64,000 nt of DNA from positions 1 through 64,000 of the forward strand of contig CAZWSR010000002.1 in assembly GCA_964636545.1 (NCBI GenBank), written 5' to 3'. Of the stretch, positions 49,163 through 59,335 are shown one piece after another. Below the pieces are notes generated by a model. It saw only the letters and a list, made by a program, of their open reading frames with translations, was not told the origin of the DNA and ran no database searches. Source of the DNA: Candidatus Undinarchaeota archaeon. Its GTDB lineage: Archaea; Undinarchaeota; Undinarchaeia; Undinarchaeales; UBA543. The position numbers were made by a program, and so were the translations under genes. How positions within the stretch are numbered: position 1 is the stretch's first letter; each line of letters opens with the position of its first letter.

Positions 49163-51274
49163 ATGAAGATAGGGGAAATTTCTGCAAAGTGTCCAGTACT
49201 AACCGATGTAGTTCAGCGACTGCAAGAAATAGACAAAATTGATGAATTGTACCCGCCGCAAGCTAATGCACTGAATGCTGGATTTTTAGATGGGAAAAAC
49301 CTTGTGCTGAGTATCCCAACTGCTTCTGGAAAAACCTTGATTGCTGAGTTGGCTCTGATGAATGAGGCACTGCAAGGAAAGAAAGGAATTTATTTGGCTC
49401 CGTTGAGGGCGCTTGCTTCTGAAAAATATGAGGAACTGAAAGAGAAATATGGGAAGCTTGTGAAAATTGGGATTAGTACAGGAGAGTATGATTCAACTGG
49501 AAATGAGCTAGCAGATTATGATATTTTGATTTTGACAAATGAAAAAATGGATTCGTTGATGAGGCATAAACCAGAATGGTTGCAGGATCTTGGTTTAGTG
49601 GTTATTGATGAAATCCACTTGGTTAATGACAAGAGTAGGGGACCAACTTTGGAGATGGTTACTACAAAATTGAAAAAACAAGGAGTTAAATTTGTTGGGT
49701 TGAGTGCGACAATTGAAAATTCTGATGAAATTGCAAAGTGGTTGGGTGCAGAGCTTGTAGAATCAGATTTCAGGCCAGTAAAATTGTCAAGGGGTATTTT
49801 CTTGAATAATTCAATTTCATTTAAGGAAAAAGAGGATGTGAAATTTGATGCACCACCTGGCGCAAATGCATTGGCAGTTATGTCTTCAGATATTGTGCAA
49901 AACAAGGCACAGTCACTTATTTTTGTAAATTCAAGAAGGAGTGCGGAGAAAGAAGCTGAAGATAATTCCAAAGAGATTTTTGTATTAATAGATGCAGAAA
50001 CAAAAAAAGCATTGGAAAAAGTGGCGGACCAGATTGAGGGGGTTTTGGATTCACCAACAAAACAGTGCAAGCGATTAGCAAATTGTATTAGGAGGGGCGC
50101 TGCGTTTCATCATGCTGGTTTGCATGCGAAACAACGGAGTTTGGTTGAGAAGAATTTTAAGCAGAATATTATCAAATTGATTTGCGCAACCCCGACTTTA
50201 GCAGCTGGAGTGAATTTGCCAAGTAAGCGAGTTGTTGTTAGAGATTATAAGAGGTATGGGACTTTTGGGATGGAACCGATTCCGATTCACGAAATTCACC
50301 AAATGTTTGGAAGGGCAGGTCGGCCAAAGTATGATACAGGGGGTGAAGCAATTCTGATTTCTAAAAATGAAGAAGAATTTGACCAATTGTGGGAACATTA
50401 TATTGAAGGACGGCCTGAACCAGTTTCAAGTAAGTTAGGAATTGAGCCAGTTATGAGGACGCATGTGCTTGGTTTGATTTCCGAGCAAGAACGAACAAAA
50501 GAGCAAATGTTTGAATTTTTTGCAGATACTTTTTACGCTCAACAGTATGAGGATATGGATGCATTTGAAGCAATGATTGAGAAAATTCTTGATAAGTTGT
50601 TTGAGTGGGATTTTATTGATCATGAAAATAATAGATTAAAATGCACAAAACTTGGGGAAAGGGTTGCGCAATTATATTTGGATCCATTAACTGCTTTTGA
50701 TTTTATTAAAATGCTTGATAGAAATCCAAAAGATGAAATGGTTTTGTTAACTATTTTGTCAGATGCTGCTGAGATGCGGCCGCTAGCTGGTGTGAAAAAA
50801 TCAGAAGAATTTGTTATTTATGAAGAATTTGAAAAACATGATGTTGATGAAGATCAAATTCGAGCGTTCAAAAATGCCTGGATTTTTAATGAATGGATGC
50901 AAGAGAAGGGTGATGATTTTATTTTTGACACTTTTGGAATGCCACCAGGCACATTCAGGATAAAGCTGAATGTTGCTGATTGGTTGTTGTATGCTTGTGG
51001 AGAAATTGCAAGATTGACTAAGCGAGAGAAGATTTTAGATAGGTTGAAAATGTTGAGAAAGAGATTGAAATATGGAGTGAAAATGGAGCTCTTGCCACTG
51101 ATTAGGATTAGGAATGTTGGGCGAGTTAGGGCAAGGAGATTATTTGATGCTGGGTTTAAAAATGTTGAAGATATTAAAAAGGGGAGACCCGAATTTTTAG
51201 TTACATTGTTAGGGAAGAAAGTTGCTGGGAAAGTTATGGAGCAATTGGGGATGGAAGTTCAAACAACTCTTTAG
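49163..51274 (+). CDS. hel308: Ski2-like helicase Hel308
   Basis: PTASGKT, DEIH, SAT, TPTLAAGVNLP, QMFGRAGRP and GRVRAR motifs. Confidence 0.95.
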   Translation: MKIGEISAKCPVLTDVVQRLQEIDKIDELYPPQANALNAGFLDGKNLVLSIPTASGKTLIAELALMNEALQGKKGIYLAPLRALASEKYEELKEKYGKLVKIGISTGEYDSTGNELADYDILILTNEKMDSLMRHKPEWLQDLGLVVIDEIHLVNDKSRGPTLEMVTTKLKKQGVKFVGLSATIENSDEIAKWLGAELVESDFRPVKLSRGIFLNNSISFKEKEDVKFDAPPGANALAVMSSDIVQNKAQSLIFVNSRRSAEKEAEDNSKEIFVLIDAETKKALEKVADQIEGVLDSPTKQCKRLANCIRRGAAFHHAGLHAKQRSLVEKNFKQNIIKLICATPTLAAGVNLPSKRVVVRDYKRYGTFGMEPIPIHEIHQMFGRAGRPKYDTGGEAILISKNEEEFDQLWEHYIEGRPEPVSSKLGIEPVMRTHVLGLISEQERTKEQMFEFFADTFYAQQYEDMDAFEAMIEKILDKLFEWDFIDHENNRLKCTKLGERVAQLYLDPLTAFDFIKMLDRNPKDEMVLLTILSDAAEMRPLAGVKKSEEFVIYEEFEKHDVDEDQIRAFKNAWIFNEWMQEKGDDFIFDTFGMPPGTFRIKLNVADWLLYACGEIARLTKREKILDRLKMLRKRLKYGVKMELLPLIRIRNVGRVRARRLFDAGFKNVEDIKKGRPEFLVTLLGKKVAGKVMEQLGMEVQTTL

Positions 51275-51855
51275 ATAATTTTGAAAAAGTGGGCAGTTAT
51301 CCATACAATGCCGTGTAGAATTGTTACAAGGTAGAAATTAGGGAAGAAAACATAGATTGCAGATATTCCAGTACCCAACACAAGTGTGAGTGCGAAAATT
51401 TTCCAGCTGTGGAATGGTATGTGCGCAAAACCGAAAAGGAAAGACATTATTAAGATTATCCAAGGCAGAGACAAGCCAAAGCTGAGGAGGGCTGGGAAAA
51501 GTATGCTTCTGAAGATGATTTCTTGGGCTGGAATCAGGGCAAGCGCCCAGTTTGATTTAAGATTGTCCCGCCCAATTATTCGGATATAATCCATTTTGTA
51601 GTTATTCTGTTTGAAATATGCGCAAAGACCAAAAGCAAGAAAGAACATGATGTAATAGTAGCCGTCTGCTGCCATGAAATTATCCAACCGGAAACCGAGA
51701 TCATGCCAGGAATATCCTTTTATAAAAGCAACTGCGAATGCAAATAATGACCCGAAGACAAACGCCATCAAATGGTACTTCATTGGGATTAGTTTGTAGA
51801 ATAAGACAATAGGAATTATTATGAACAGGGCAAGAAGGATTATTTCCAGAATCAT
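51271..51855 (-). CDS. CPBP family (CAAX-like) intramembrane protease
   Basis: QEIIFR, FGFAH and H at the third motif. Confidence 0.8.
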   Translation of the reverse strand: MILEIILLALFIIIPIVLFYKLIPMKYHLMAFVFGSLFAFAVAFIKGYSWHDLGFRLDNFMAADGYYYIMFFLAFGLCAYFKQNNYKMDYIRIIGRDNLKSNWALALIPAQEIIFRSILFPALLSFGLSLPWIILIMSFLFGFAHIPFHSWKIFALTLVLGTGISAIYVFFPNFYLVTILHGIVWITAHFFKII

Positions 51856-51930
51856 TAGAAAATGTAGTTAGAAAAGGGTTAATAAAGTTGCGGAAAAGAT
51901 TAAAAAGGAGTGATTTAACAAATTTAACAC

Positions 51931-52016
51931 GCGGGGGTACCCGAGCCTGGTCAAAGGGGCAGGGTTTAGGACCCTGTGACTTAGTGTCTTCGCAAGTTCG
52001 AATCTTGCCCCCCGCA
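51931..52016 (+). tRNA. tRNA-Leu (anticodon UAG)
   Basis: GCGGGGG/CCCCCGC acceptor stem, CAGGG-TTTAGGA-CCCTG anticodon arm, long variable arm and GTTCGAATC T-loop. CCA is not encoded. Confidence 0.95.
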
Positions 52017-52064
52017 TTACTCACCACAGAAACTCTTTTTAACTCCAAATAAGTACAAAGATTA

Positions 52065-52469
52065 ATGAAATTAAAATTCAGGACACAATTGTTTACAGAA
52101 TTCCTAGTATTTTTTGTTCTTACAATATTGTTTTTTAGAATATTGGTTGGGATAATTGGAGATACTTCACTGATACTGTTCGGGCATGAGATACATCATT
52201 TTTATATGGGTGTCTTTTTTGTCCTTTTTTCAGGGTACCGGCAATTCTTTTCTGAGAATAAAATCATTGACAAAATTAATATGAGGATTTTTGCAGTTGG
52301 TACTGGGATGATTGTGGACGAGAGTATTTTTATGATTGCAACCGCAGGACAGCATCTTGATTATTTCTCAATGCGCTCGTTATTTGGGGCAATATTAGTG
52401 AGTTTGATAATACTTTCAGCATTTTATTTAATATCACAAAAAGGAGCCCTAAAACCTAGCGAAACCTGA
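52065..52469 (+). CDS. Hypothetical membrane protein (HH..G / G...DE motif type)
   Basis: About 4 TM segments; IHHFYMG and GTGMIVDE motifs. Confidence 0.65.
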   Translation: MKLKFRTQLFTEFLVFFVLTILFFRILVGIIGDTSLILFGHEIHHFYMGVFFVLFSGYRQFFSENKIIDKINMRIFAVGTGMIVDESIFMIATAGQHLDYFSMRSLFGAILVSLIILSAFYLISQKGALKPSET

Positions 52470-53229
52470 ATCCGTACTCGCGTCGCAGACCTAGATTGTT
52501 TTTGAATATGTGGTAACTGGATTTTCGCATGTGTTTTCTGTGTGGGTGGTTGACGATCATTCGTTTTTCTTTGTCAAGAGAATCCACGAAACTATTTACA
52601 GAAAACTCATCAACGGCAACAAGTGCACTTCCAAGAGTTTCAAGAACGTGAGCATCACTTCCAACAATTGTGGGTAGATTGTGTTTTTTAACCCATTCTT
52701 TCATGAGCACATTTCGATCCATTCTTAATGCAGAATTGTGAGATTCAGCAGCAGTAATGTGTTTGAGTAGGTGTGGGTTGTTATCAAAGAACACAAAACT
52801 ATTTTTTGGTTTTAACCCATGAGAATGTGGAAGAACAACTCGGCAATTGTAGTTTTCTGGTGCTAGCAATAGTTCTTCGTTTGTCAGGGTGGTTCGGTTG
52901 AAATTGAAAAGATTGTTTGAAATTTTGTTTGGCTCTACATTTTTCTTGTAATATTCCTCAAGCTCAGAAAGATTGTAGAAATAAAGAAGAAAATCAGCAT
53001 AAGTTGATGAAGTTATTTCAACACCAGGAACTGCACAATCCATTTCACGATGATGTTTTTGCACAGCGCGGATGTCATTGTGATCCATAAAAATGATGTT
53101 GAATCCCTTGTTCTTTGCATGAGCTAGCATCTTGTCTGGATGAACGCTCCCGTCCGAAAACCTCGAATGGCAGTGCGGATCTACAAGGGTGAGGCCTTCT
53201 CTTTTATACTCTTCAATCAACTGATTCAT
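52456..53229 (-). CDS. PHP-domain phosphoesterase
   Basis: DPHCHSRFSDG, DHND, GVEI and GSDAH motifs. Confidence 0.88.
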   Translation of the reverse strand: MNQLIEEYKREGLTLVDPHCHSRFSDGSVHPDKMLAHAKNKGFNIIFMDHNDIRAVQKHHREMDCAVPGVEITSSTYADFLLYFYNLSELEEYYKKNVEPNKISNNLFNFNRTTLTNEELLLAPENYNCRVVLPHSHGLKPKNSFVFFDNNPHLLKHITAAESHNSALRMDRNVLMKEWVKKHNLPTIVGSDAHVLETLGSALVAVDEFSVNSFVDSLDKEKRMIVNHPHRKHMRKSSYHIFKNNLGLRREYGFRFR

Positions 53230-53266
53230 AGATACAAAAAGTGCGTTCAACAGCATATAAATGTTT

Positions 53267-54427
53267 TTACTTTAACCAGCGCATTATCAAATAAGTCCAG
53301 ATAAACCAAAGCATATGTTGGTCAAAACCAGTTTCAATCCAGACAATGCTGAGGGCAAGTAAAACAGGATAGAAAACGCGCATTAGCGACTCTTTTTTCT
53401 CAATAGAAATGTAGGCGTTTCCTAAAATAACGCCGAGGAAAAACATCCAAGTTAATGCAAAAATTGGACCAAATTCCATTAATGGCGGACCAAGCATTGT
53501 TGAAGTAAGAGAATTTTCAGCACCTAAGAACTCACCAAGATAGTCACGTGGTTGTGCGTGGTTGAGTAGGAACTTGCCGTGCTCTACTCCGAAAGGCATG
53601 CTCTGATCTAAAACTTGATCATAAACATTGTAAGTTGTGCTTGAGCGCCAGAGGAAAAGGGTTGCAGGATTAGCGAGGCCAGCGACAAAGTAGCCGAGGA
53701 AAAGAACAAGGAGAACTGCTGTTGCAAGGGGAATTAGAACAGTTTTGTTATCTAGTTTTTTTGACTTATATGCTGCAATTGTTCCAGACAAAAGCACAAG
53801 CAAGAGGGCAAATCGGAAACCAGTGAGGGCAAATAAAACTGTGCTGACAAGTATAATCAAATATGCTTGTTTGCGTTCTTTCACATTCATAATCAGCCCG
53901 ACAGAACCAAACATATAGAAGAAAATAGCAGGAGCCCAAGCCCAAGAAGTATCGAGATTAAACCGAAGTGCTTTGTCAAGTAGAGGGATGCCTCCGACTT
54001 GGAAAAATGTGATGACTAGGAAAAAGAAACCAAGAGACATTAAAGCCTTGTAAAATTTGAGTGTCGGACGCTGCCATTTTGAAATTAATTTGAATCCTTT
54101 GAAAGCTATAGCTAAGATAATTGCAGTTGCGAATAAACTAATTTCCCAAGAGAGATTGAAAAAGTTTGAGACAACACTTGAATAATAGAGTGTTAAGAGA
54201 AGTAAAAATGCCAGAGGCAAATATTCATTTACTTTTTTTAGTTTGAATTTTTTAGAAAAGCGAACACCCACGTAGTAGAAAGAAAGGGAGAGAAGCACAA
54301 ACAAGATGCTGAATGTTGAGGGTCTTGTTAGGTTTTTCCAGTAAAGGAAACCAATACCAGCAGTTAGTAAGAAAAAGAAAAATATTGCAATAAAGGATTC
54401 TGGTCGGAAGATATCTATTTTCTTCAT
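53267..54427 (-). CDS. Oligosaccharide repeat-unit polymerase (Wzy-like) membrane protein
   Basis: GGIPLL..ALR, LTGFR and TSTMLGP...EFG patterns; about 11 TM segments. Confidence 0.7.
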   Translation of the reverse strand: MKKIDIFRPESFIAIFFFFLLTAGIGFLYWKNLTRPSTFSILFVLLSLSFYYVGVRFSKKFKLKKVNEYLPLAFLLLLTLYYSSVVSNFFNLSWEISLFATAIILAIAFKGFKLISKWQRPTLKFYKALMSLGFFFLVITFFQVGGIPLLDKALRFNLDTSWAWAPAIFFYMFGSVGLIMNVKERKQAYLIILVSTVLFALTGFRFALLLVLLSGTIAAYKSKKLDNKTVLIPLATAVLLVLFLGYFVAGLANPATLFLWRSSTTYNVYDQVLDQSMPFGVEHGKFLLNHAQPRDYLGEFLGAENSLTSTMLGPPLMEFGPIFALTWMFFLGVILGNAYISIEKKESLMRVFYPVLLALSIVWIETGFDQHMLWFIWTYLIMRWLK

Positions 54428-54428
54428 T

Positions 54429-55481
54429 TTATTTGCCGAGGTTTTTTATCATTTTTCCAGGAGTTGTGTAAATCATAGAAAGGAAACTAATTGCAAGATA
54501 ACCAAAGAGATATGTCAAGATATAGAAAGTAAATCTGTCAACAAGAATTACTGCAGTTATTGCGCTAGCTGGAACACCAAGAAGTGACATGATAAGCACA
54601 GCAGACCCCTCTGTTGCGCCAGTTCCACCAGGAACAAATACAAGATAACCAACAGACAAACTAATTGTCATTACAGCAACCAACCTAAAGAATGGGACAG
54701 AAAAACCAAGTCCTTTGAATAAGAACCACAGCCCGAGCCCTTGTAAAAGATACCAGATAAACCCAGCTAAGAAAATTGTCCACAATACTTTTTTGTCCTT
54801 CCAGAGATGTTTTAACATACTCATAAATGCTTTTTGTTTTGAATTAACAGACCGAACGAACTTGTCAGCACTTTTGGCATTTTTGCGAAGGATTTTGAGA
54901 GGTGGGAATTTGTAAAGCCATCGCAAGAGTTTTTCAAATCTCTTTTTTTGTTTGCTAAGTCTGAAAATTACAAACACAATAACCATTGCCACGATTAAAC
55001 AAATTAAGAACCAAATAGCTAAGAAATATTTTAGTTTGGGAATGCCGATTGAAAAGATTAAGTAGAAAGTTGAAAATGACATGAATATGAATGTTGTAAC
55101 CATGAACACCAAACTATCCATTGCATACAAACCAAGACAAGCAGAACCGCGCATCCCTGTTGCTTTTTCCAAATAATATGCTTTTAGTGGTTCGCCACCA
55201 ACACTTGGACCGGGAGTAAGATTATTAACTAGCATACCCGATAATTGAATCAAACAATATTTCCAAAAACTTATTTTTTTCAGTTTAGGTATTTTCTGGC
55301 TTAAGAAATATGTTTTAAATGAAAAAAGAAAAAGAGAAACAGGCCTAATACAAATAACTAATAAAATGTAGATTGGGTTTATTTTAGAAATTGTTGCAAA
55401 AACTTCTCGGTATCCTACGAATTTCAGAAGAGTAACTAACACTATAATGCCCAGAGAAATGAGCAATATGTTCTTCCGCAT
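54429..55481 (-). CDS. Lysylphosphatidylglycerol synthase-TM / UPF0104 flippase-like protein
   Basis: NNLTPG..GGEPLKAY, PGGTGATE and DR motifs. Alternative start at 55544. Confidence 0.85.
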   Translation of the reverse strand: MRKNILLISLGIIVLVTLLKFVGYREVFATISKINPIYILLVICIRPVSLFLFSFKTYFLSQKIPKLKKISFWKYCLIQLSGMLVNNLTPGPSVGGEPLKAYYLEKATGMRGSACLGLYAMDSLVFMVTTFIFMSFSTFYLIFSIGIPKLKYFLAIWFLICLIVAMVIVFVIFRLSKQKKRFEKLLRWLYKFPPLKILRKNAKSADKFVRSVNSKQKAFMSMLKHLWKDKKVLWTIFLAGFIWYLLQGLGLWFLFKGLGFSVPFFRLVAVMTISLSVGYLVFVPGGTGATEGSAVLIMSLLGVPASAITAVILVDRFTFYILTYLFGYLAISFLSMIYTTPGKMIKNLGK

Positions 55482-55613
55482 ATTCTGAATAAACTTAGGC
55501 TCGTAAGGATCCACGACACACTTTAGTATTCCCCTTATATACATTTTCCCCGAACAGGAAAAATACAGTATTTCATAAAACTATTTAACTGGCGGACGCA
55601 GGATAGTGATACG

Positions 55614-56336
55614 ATGATAGGACTAATACCAGCTGCTGGTCTTGGAACCAGGCTGAAAGAACTTACAAAAGACACTCCAAAAGAGATGTTGCCTGTTGGT
55701 GGAAAGCCAAGCATAGAGTATGTTCTAGATCAATTTAAACAAGCAGGAATTACTAAAATTTTCATAATTGTTGGCCCGCAGAAGAGTAAAATCTTAGATG
55801 GTCTTGGAAATGGTAGCAAGCTCGGATTTGAAATTGGATATTTGTACCAAGAAAAGGCAGAGGGGCTTGGAAGAGCGATTTATGAGGGAAAGAATTTTAT
55901 TAATGAAGATTTTGCAGTTGTTTTAGCTGATAATTTATTATTTCCAAACACTTTGTTGAAGGACGTTGTTGCAGAACATGAAACAAGTGGAGCAGAAATT
56001 ACACTTGTTGGAAGAGAAGTTGATGACCCAAGTAGGTTTGGTGTGATTGAAAGTGCTGATGGAAAAGTTACTGGGTTGGAGGAAAAACCACCGGAACCGA
56101 AAACAAAAAACGCAGTTGTTGGCATGTATGTTTTCAAGCCAAGTATTTTTGAAGCAATTGAAAGAACAGAACCAGGAGCAAAAGGCGAATATCAGATTAC
56201 TGATTCAATTAAGTTAATGTTGGAAGAAGGGAAAAATATTAGAGTAGTGAAACATGAGGGAGATTGGATAGATATTGGAACAGAAGAAAGTTATGCTGAA
56301 GCGAATAAGAGGTTAGGAGAAACTAAAAATGGTTAG
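55614..56336 (+). CDS. Sugar-1-phosphate nucleotidyltransferase (RmlA/GalU/AglF-like)
   Basis: PAAGLGTRL..PKEML, EEKP, GEYQITD and WIDIG motifs. Confidence 0.9.
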   Translation: MIGLIPAAGLGTRLKELTKDTPKEMLPVGGKPSIEYVLDQFKQAGITKIFIIVGPQKSKILDGLGNGSKLGFEIGYLYQEKAEGLGRAIYEGKNFINEDFAVVLADNLLFPNTLLKDVVAEHETSGAEITLVGREVDDPSRFGVIESADGKVTGLEEKPPEPKTKNAVVGMYVFKPSIFEAIERTEPGAKGEYQITDSIKLMLEEGKNIRVVKHEGDWIDIGTEESYAEANKRLGETKNG

Positions 56337-56667
56337 AACAAATTTAGAAAAATTCAAAGAAGTTGCAGAATTAGCAAAGTCAGATGAGACTTACGATATT
56401 CATGATCTGAAAATGGAGCATTTAGTTGTGTCAACTACGCGACTGCATGCTGGAAAAGAGACTAAGGGACATAAGCATCCTGGGCAAGAAGAAGAAGTTT
56501 ATTTGTGCTTGGAAGGTTCTGGAAAAATGCAAGTTGGTGAGGAGACTGCTGGTTTTGTGAAAGGTGATTTAGTTACGATTCCGATTGGTAGTTTTCATAA
56601 AGTGATTAATGATTCATTAGAAGATTTGTTATTTTTGTGTGTTTTTGAGAAGTATGAGCGAATTTGA
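56329..56667 (+). CDS. Cupin domain protein (possible sugar isomerase)
   Basis: GHKH..QEEEVY...G.G and GD..TIP.G.FH.V.N motifs. Confidence 0.85.
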   Translation: MVRTNLEKFKEVAELAKSDETYDIHDLKMEHLVVSTTRLHAGKETKGHKHPGQEEEVYLCLEGSGKMQVGEETAGFVKGDLVTIPIGSFHKVINDSLEDLLFLCVFEKYERI

Positions 56668-57096
56668 TTATTCTTCCAAAACAGTTCGTCTGAAGTTTGT
56701 GAACATTGTCATAAGTGAATTCATTTCTTCAATTATTTGAGATTTCATTTCACTAGTTACTTCCCCTGCTTCAAGTTGATCCCAGCCCTTTTGAAGCATA
56801 CGAGAAACTGCTGGAGCCATTCCAGCTTCTAAAGATAAACTAACGAGAATTTCAACAATGAAAAATGCTTTTTCTGCTATTGGAATTTTTGCTGCCGCAA
56901 TTGCTGGTTGCCTTGATTTTTTCTGATTCTCTTTTAGATTACATTCTTTTTCAAAATCAAACCCCCAAGTCTTCATTACTTGAGATTGTGCTTGCATTTT
57001 AACAGGATCAACAACACCAGTTACAGGATTAATGCCTTTCTTAATATCAGCTAGGATTTTGGAAAGACTGTTTTCAAGTTCGCGCATCGTGGCCAT
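56668..57096 (-). CDS. Hypothetical protein
   Basis: 142-aa ORF that fills the gap. Confidence 0.6.
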   Translation of the reverse strand: MATMRELENSLSKILADIKKGINPVTGVVDPVKMQAQSQVMKTWGFDFEKECNLKENQKKSRQPAIAAAKIPIAEKAFFIVEILVSLSLEAGMAPAVSRMLQKGWDQLEAGEVTSEMKSQIIEEMNSLMTMFTNFRRTVLEE

Positions 57097-57133
57097 TGTG
57101 ATATGTTTTTAAACAAGGTACTACTTAAGATTA

Positions 57134-57601
57134 TTGATGAGTGGGTTGGTTGTAGGCATAGATCCTGGTGCAAAAACAGGGGTATGCGCACTGAATTTAA
57201 GTGGTGATTTTGTTGGTGTACGAAGTGAGAAAGGATTTTCTAAAGAGAAGATTATTAGATATATTTCTGAGTTGGGTGAGGTGGTCATTATTGCAGTTGA
57301 TGTTGCTAAGATGCCAAAAACTGTGAAAGATATTGCTCAGAAATTTAGAGCTACTTGTTTTGTGCCTAAGAAAAATATTAGCACCTTAGAGAAAGCTCGG
57401 TTGTATAATCGATGGATGGAGAAAGGTGGTAGAAGATTGGCAAACCAGCATGAAAAAGATGCGCTTGTTGCTTGTTTGCTAGCTTATTACGAGAGGCAGA
57501 ATAAGATGAGAAGTGTTGAGAAAAAAGGTGGGGGAGATTTGGTGAAGAAGGCCGTTATTCGTGGGAAGAAGGTTGGGGACGTTATTGGGAAAAGTATATA
57601 A
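57134..57601 (+). CDS. DUF460 family RNase H-like domain protein (short form)
   Basis: VVGIDPG.KTG, IAVDV...P..V and NQHEKDAL.A motifs. Confidence 0.8.
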   Translation: MMSGLVVGIDPGAKTGVCALNLSGDFVGVRSEKGFSKEKIIRYISELGEVVIIAVDVAKMPKTVKDIAQKFRATCFVPKKNISTLEKARLYNRWMEKGGRRLANQHEKDALVACLLAYYERQNKMRSVEKKGGGDLVKKAVIRGKKVGDVIGKSI

Positions 57602-57627
57602 ATTATTTACCATATAGTAAATAAATA
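57601..57627. promoter_or_regulatory. Palindromic operator-like site TTATTTAC-CATATA-GTAAATAA between a TATA box and the wHTH start codon
   Basis: The identical 27-mer is at 59751-59777; AAAGTATATAA lies immediately upstream. Confidence 0.7.
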
Positions 57628-57983
57628 TGGTAAAAACAGTACAAAAAGGTCGGGGACGGCCTGTAAAATCACTAATACGCGACCGCATGCAACAGATTGT
57701 AGATGCGCTAGGCAAGGCCTATGGTTATGAAGTTTACAAAGTTTACAACCAAGTTTTTGAGCCAGTTTGTATTCGCTCAATGTATTATCACCTCAAACGC
57801 GGTTGTGAATTGGGTGAATTTGCTGAAGCAGGGCAGAAGCAAGAGAAAGGGCCATACACCTGGGGCAGAGAGAGCACACACATCTACTATTCGCTTGGAG
57901 AAGCAGCAAGCCATAAGGCAAATAACGACTTGCAAGAACAAGTTAAGAAGCTAGGATTTTCCGTGAGAGAAGTGAAGAAGTAA
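57627..57983 (+). CDS. Winged-helix (PadR-like) DNA-binding protein with an N-terminal RGRP
   Basis: RGRPVKS.IR, AYGYEVYK.Y, RSMYYHLKRG and wing G.YTWG....IYYSLG. Confidence 0.75.
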   Translation: MVKTVQKGRGRPVKSLIRDRMQQIVDALGKAYGYEVYKVYNQVFEPVCIRSMYYHLKRGCELGEFAEAGQKQEKGPYTWGRESTHIYYSLGEAASHKANNDLQEQVKKLGFSVREVKK

Positions 57984-58450
57984 TGACAAAAATTAAAAAA
58001 ATAACAAGAGAGGAATTTGTATATATGTGGTTAAGTGCTAGCGTAGAAATTTATGGTTCTATTGAAAATGTGATGGAAGAAATAAACAAAAAATTGGACA
58101 AAAAAAACAGAGGAATGCGTAGGTGTTTTATTTTTCTTGCAAGTAGATGGGAAGGTATAGATGGTGTTATAGAGTTTCTGATAGAAAACAACCTTAGGTT
58201 TATAGATGATTATACTATGAATGACCTATTTGATTGTTGTGACTATATGCTTAAAGATATTGATAAATTAAAAAAAGGGTATGAAACGTATTTGAAAATA
58301 TTAAAAGAAAAAAAACAAATAGAGAAAATAGAGGAAGTGATTGAAGAAATTAAAAAAGAGATTGAGATGCATCAGAATTTTAGTGAAAAAAAGGTTGATC
58401 GCGTTATAGAAAAAATGAAGGAAGAAACAAAGAGAAGGTTGGGGGGTTGA
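57983..58450 (+). CDS. Hypothetical helical protein
   Basis: 155-aa ORF with TAATG coupling to the wHTH gene. Confidence 0.6.
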   Translation: MTKIKKITREEFVYMWLSASVEIYGSIENVMEEINKKLDKKNRGMRRCFIFLASRWEGIDGVIEFLIENNLRFIDDYTMNDLFDCCDYMLKDIDKLKKGYETYLKILKEKKQIEKIEEVIEEIKKEIEMHQNFSEKKVDRVIEKMKEETKRRLGG

Positions 58451-59235
58451 AGAAAATGAGTGATAGACGAAAAGTAACTCCAAATTTTTATGCAATGGTT
58501 TTACTACTTAGTTGTTTGAATGAGGTTGAGAATGTGCAAGCCATGAGTATAGCACTAGATATGTTGTTTATTGATGTTGAAAAAAAAGAAAACGGGAATG
58601 TTTTTCTAAAGGGGTTATTTAATATTACAAATGAAAAAGAGTTTGAAAAACAAACAAAAAAACTTAATTACTTAGTTACAGGAGAAAAACCAAAAAAAGC
58701 AACAGCCGCTGCCCTTACTGTGTTTTTAAATGATTGGAGAGAAACCAAAAAAGATATGGTATCGGCGTTGAAAGGTATTAAAAAACAAAGTAAAAAAACA
58801 CAACGTAAAGATAAAAAAACATTAAAAATTCGGGTGTTGCACACCCCAAATCAAGCTGCAAGAATTTTGTTGTTGTCTTGGTTAACACACGACAATAGAA
58901 TAGAAGAGAATTTAGAGGTTATGAAAAATGTTATTTTGCCATTCAAAGGTATAGCTGCTGGATATCTTTTTTTAGGAATAGTATACAAGGTTTCTAGTGA
59001 AGAGAATTTTAGAGAAATAATAATAGAACGTACAAGATTGGGTATCTCTTATGAAAACCCATATAAAAAAACAGCAAAGGCACTTGGAACTTTGTTTGGT
59101 GATGAAGAAGAAGTTGAAAAACTCATTTTGGCTTGGGGAAATTTATTAGAAAAAAAGAAAGGAACGGTGGAACTTCCAGGATCAAAAGAGGGTATTGAAG
59201 AAACTATAGTTGATGTTCAAAAAGTGATTGATTGA
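58447..59235 (+). CDS. Hypothetical protein with an internal two-fold domain duplication
   Basis: TPN....LLLS.L ... G..FL ... E.P.K.TA.AL...D occurs twice. Confidence 0.65.
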   Translation: MKKMSDRRKVTPNFYAMVLLLSCLNEVENVQAMSIALDMLFIDVEKKENGNVFLKGLFNITNEKEFEKQTKKLNYLVTGEKPKKATAAALTVFLNDWRETKKDMVSALKGIKKQSKKTQRKDKKTLKIRVLHTPNQAARILLLSWLTHDNRIEENLEVMKNVILPFKGIAAGYLFLGIVYKVSSEENFREIIIERTRLGISYENPYKKTAKALGTLFGDEEEVEKLILAWGNLLEKKKGTVELPGSKEGIEETIVDVQKVID

Positions 59236-59335
59236 GGGGTTGGCTCAAGTAATAAAAGAATTAAAATTGAGTATGGTTAGTAAGAAAGAGTGAAAGAAGA
59301 TAAAAAAAGATAAGTATTTATGTTATAAAAAAGAA

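Noticed and set aside
51931-52016. tRNA with TAG in the anticodon as a possible amber suppressor for the GNAT stop
   Set aside because: Anticodon UAG reads CUA (Leu); a suppressor would need anticodon CUA.
52017-57100. Island integrated at tRNA-Leu
   Set aside because: No duplicated tRNA 3' end and no integrase were found in the window.
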